Shown here piece by piece: positions 25,157 to 26,818 of a stretch of 26,818 nucleotides of DNA. The notes under the pieces were generated by a model. It made no database searches. It was not told the DNA's origin and worked only from the letters and a program-made list of their open reading frames with translations. Location of the stretch: contig JBHIAH010000031.1 in the NCBI GenBank assembly GCA_046758505.1, positions 1-26,818 of the forward strand, read 5' to 3'. The translations under genes were made by a program, and so were the position numbers. How positions within the stretch are numbered: the first letter of the stretch is position 1; each line of letters opens with the position of its first letter. This stretch comes from Candidatus Methylomirabilales bacterium. GTDB taxonomy: Bacteria; Methylomirabilota; Methylomirabilia; Methylomirabilales; CSP1-5.

Positions 25157-25300
25157 AGTCGAGGGCGAATAGTTGAGAGTCGAGAGTGCAGAGATTTCGG
25201 GTTTCGCATTGCGAATTTCGAATTTGAAAAGTCTTAAGCCTCGTAGTTAAATTCGAAATCCCTCGGTCGCCGGTCTGGGGTCCCCTGTCTCCAGTCTGCC
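25157..25300. repeat. Composite heptamer arrays: (AGTCGAG)5, (AATTTCG-like)5, (NGGTCNN)5
   Basis: agtcgag ggcgaat agttgag agtcgag agtgcag; gatttcg ggtttcg cattgcg aatttcg aatttga; cggtcgc cggtctg gggtccc ctgtctc cagtctg. Confidence 0.75.
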
Positions 25301-25312
25301 TCAGCGGTCGCC

Positions 25313-25341
25313 TTGACACACGGATGGAAGCCCCCTAAGCT
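25313..25341 (+). promoter_or_regulatory. Sigma70-type promoter for the E2-D-like gene
   Basis: TTGACA-17 bp-TAAGCT, 30 nt before GTG 25372. Confidence 0.7.
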
Positions 25342-25371
25342 AGACTCAACCCATAGAGGGGAGAGAGCATC

Positions 25372-26163
25372 GTGGAGTGGATCGAGGTCCGGGGGAAGAC
25401 GGTCTCCCTGTACCGGGAGGGGACCCCGCCCACCGTTGATCGTGAGGTTCCGCTCGAGGATTTCCTCCGGGAGGTGGCCGCGTCGGCCCGCCGACCCGGG
25501 CGAGGGCGCCACGTCCTCCTCCCCCCCGGCACCCGAATCGTCAAGCCCGACGGGGGAGGTAACGCCCTCTGCATCGAGCAACCCCCACAACTCCGACGGC
25601 TCCGGTGGAGCGCCGCCGCCATGGGCAAGGGGGGAGAGTATCAGAGCTACCGGCTCGCGGTCCCCTATACCGTCTACATCTTCCTCTTCCACCAGGGAAG
25701 CTTCGAGGAGATGCGCGTCTACTACCGGACCGCCCCGCTCGAGAGCTCAGAGGACGTCCTGCTGATGCCGAATCTCTGGAACGTCCAGGCCGATCCTGGA
25801 AAGCGCTCTGCCTGTCGCGCCTGTCTCAGGGGCCGCCCGCTCGATCTGTGGGGGAACCCTGTCGCTAATCAGGTCACCGTCCTCCTCGACTACTTCTGGA
25901 GTACCGGCTTTAACACCGACATCGCGGGAAACTGCTTCGAGCGGGCCCGGGGCCTGGACCCCCGCATCAGCTCTCTCGAGGCGTGGGAAAAAGCCTCCGA
26001 GGCCGACCCCCTCTTTCCGCTGGCGCTCGACTGGGAGCGGCTCGAGCCGACCGTCGGTGAAATCATGGATCACCTACTCGAGACCGGTCCCCAGCCGCGG
26101 CAGGCCATCGCTGAAACCTCCGACCTGGCCGACCTCATCTACCGCATCCCCGAGCGGAAATAG
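25372..26163 (+). CDS. Prokaryotic E2 family D-like protein (PRTRC protein B-like)
   Basis: LLPPGT..., EQPPQLRRLRW, YRLAVPYTVYIF, VYYRTAPL....L.MPNLWNV...ACRACL and YFWSTGFNTD follow the order of Prok-E2_D motifs as I recall them. Confidence 0.7.
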   Translation: MEWIEVRGKTVSLYREGTPPTVDREVPLEDFLREVAASARRPGRGRHVLLPPGTRIVKPDGGGNALCIEQPPQLRRLRWSAAAMGKGGEYQSYRLAVPYTVYIFLFHQGSFEEMRVYYRTAPLESSEDVLLMPNLWNVQADPGKRSACRACLRGRPLDLWGNPVANQVTVLLDYFWSTGFNTDIAGNCFERARGLDPRISSLEAWEKASEADPLFPLALDWERLEPTVGEIMDHLLETGPQPRQAIAETSDLADLIYRIPERK

Positions 26164-26175
26164 AGAGGGGGAAGC

Positions 26176-26553
26176 ATGGCGGCATGGCGGTTCGACCTCC
26201 ACCGGGCGGAGCACCCCCTGTATCTGAGCTACGAGGGGTCTGTTCTCGCCCCGGGAGAGACAGAGCCGATCCATTGCTTCCTCTTGCTGGGAAAGGATTC
26301 CCTCACCGTCGAACTGAAGTCCCTCAGCCGCATCATCCCCGAGGAGATCATGCGGGCCTGGATAAGCCACCTGGGACCCCCTGCCTATGGTCCCATCACC
26401 CATTCCCGGACGGGGGAGATCGAGGAGCCCTTTGGCGAGATGATCCTAACCGCCACGTGGCGCTTCCCACCGGAGGAGCAGGGACGCCTCAGAACCAGGG
26501 TCGAGGGGCTCATGGAAAAAAGACTTGATCACGAACCACCTTCTCGATTATAA
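26176..26553 (+). CDS. Hypothetical protein (125 aa)
   Basis: Starts 12 nt after the upstream stop, with a purine-rich SD and GC3-biased codons. No recognised domain. Confidence 0.7.
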   Translation: MAAWRFDLHRAEHPLYLSYEGSVLAPGETEPIHCFLLLGKDSLTVELKSLSRIIPEEIMRAWISHLGPPAYGPITHSRTGEIEEPFGEMILTATWRFPPEEQGRLRTRVEGLMEKRLDHEPPSRL

Positions 26554-26663
26554 AACAGAGTTTGAGGGCGGTTCTTCTCGAGAGAGGAGGCTGGGAGCCG
26601 CGACAGGGAAGTGTGGGCGCGCTTTCACGCCACCGCGGAATAGTCACAAGGGAGGAAGGAGAC

Positions 26664-26818
26664 ATGATCCCAAGCCAGGAACGGAAGCGCATGGAGGAAC
26701 GATTTGGGGAAATCGGCGAGGGCCTCACGGAACTCACCATTCAGGGAAAGCGGTACAATCTGTATGCGCTGCTCAGGGGGATCGGCATGGACCATGCCGA
26801 CATCCGCCCCATTGACGC
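26664..26818 (+). CDS. Hypothetical protein, 5' part; truncated by the right window edge
   Basis: Strong SD GGAGGAAGGAG. MIPSQERKRMEERFGEIGEGLTELTIQGKRYNLYALLRGIGMDHADIRPID is open to the edge. Not in the ORF track. Confidence 0.75.
   Translation, partial: MIPSQERKRMEERFGEIGEGLTELTIQGKRYNLYALLRGIGMDHADIRPID

Noticed and set aside
9480..25300. CRISPR array
   Set aside because: The repeats are degenerate tandem heptamers without unique spacers, and there are no cas genes.
26176..26553. Ubiquitin-like modifier for the E2/JAB locus
   Set aside because: It has no C-terminal Gly and no beta-grasp pattern that I can recognise.

Overview
GC-rich bacterial chromosomal window from a diderm organism (it encodes TolC); the lineage cannot be fixed from sequence alone. 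The left two-thirds (1-16.8 kb) lies almost entirely on the minus strand and is mostly housekeeping. Read right to left it carries gcvT-gcvH-gcvPA-gcvPB, a stand-alone DGQHR protein, a truncated gene remnant, a Y1/HUH (RAYT-like) transposase bounded by terminal inverted repeats, smpB, ssrA (tmRNA, tag ANHQLALAA), a sigma54-preceded REC-PAS-GAF hybrid kinase whose phospho-acceptor His is Gln, a TPP-dependent enzyme, tetR, a PEGA lipoprotein, tolC, a secreted hypothetical and a UvrD helicase that runs off the left edge. The right third (17.1-26.8 kb) is accessory and mostly plus strand: an OFA-family MFS transporter, an SRPBCC-like exported protein, several tiny membrane proteins (two share a C-x2-H-x-W-E-x8-C-x2-C motif), a membrane-anchored SAM methyltransferase and a TM-STAS protein. 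It ends with a putative bacterial ubiquitin-type conjugation locus: a coiled-coil/E2(UBC)-like protein coupled to a JAB/JAMM peptidase, an alpha/beta hydrolase bracketed by heptamer arrays, and a second, E2-family-D-like protein. No E1 or ubiquitin-like gene is visible in the window. Other oddities are a probable AUC start for gcvT, a small ORF with an in-frame UGA followed by a SECIS-like hairpin, REP-like elements at the tmRNA 3' end, and inverted 7-nt-period repeat arrays in many intergenic gaps. All family calls come from motif recognition by eye, not database searches.
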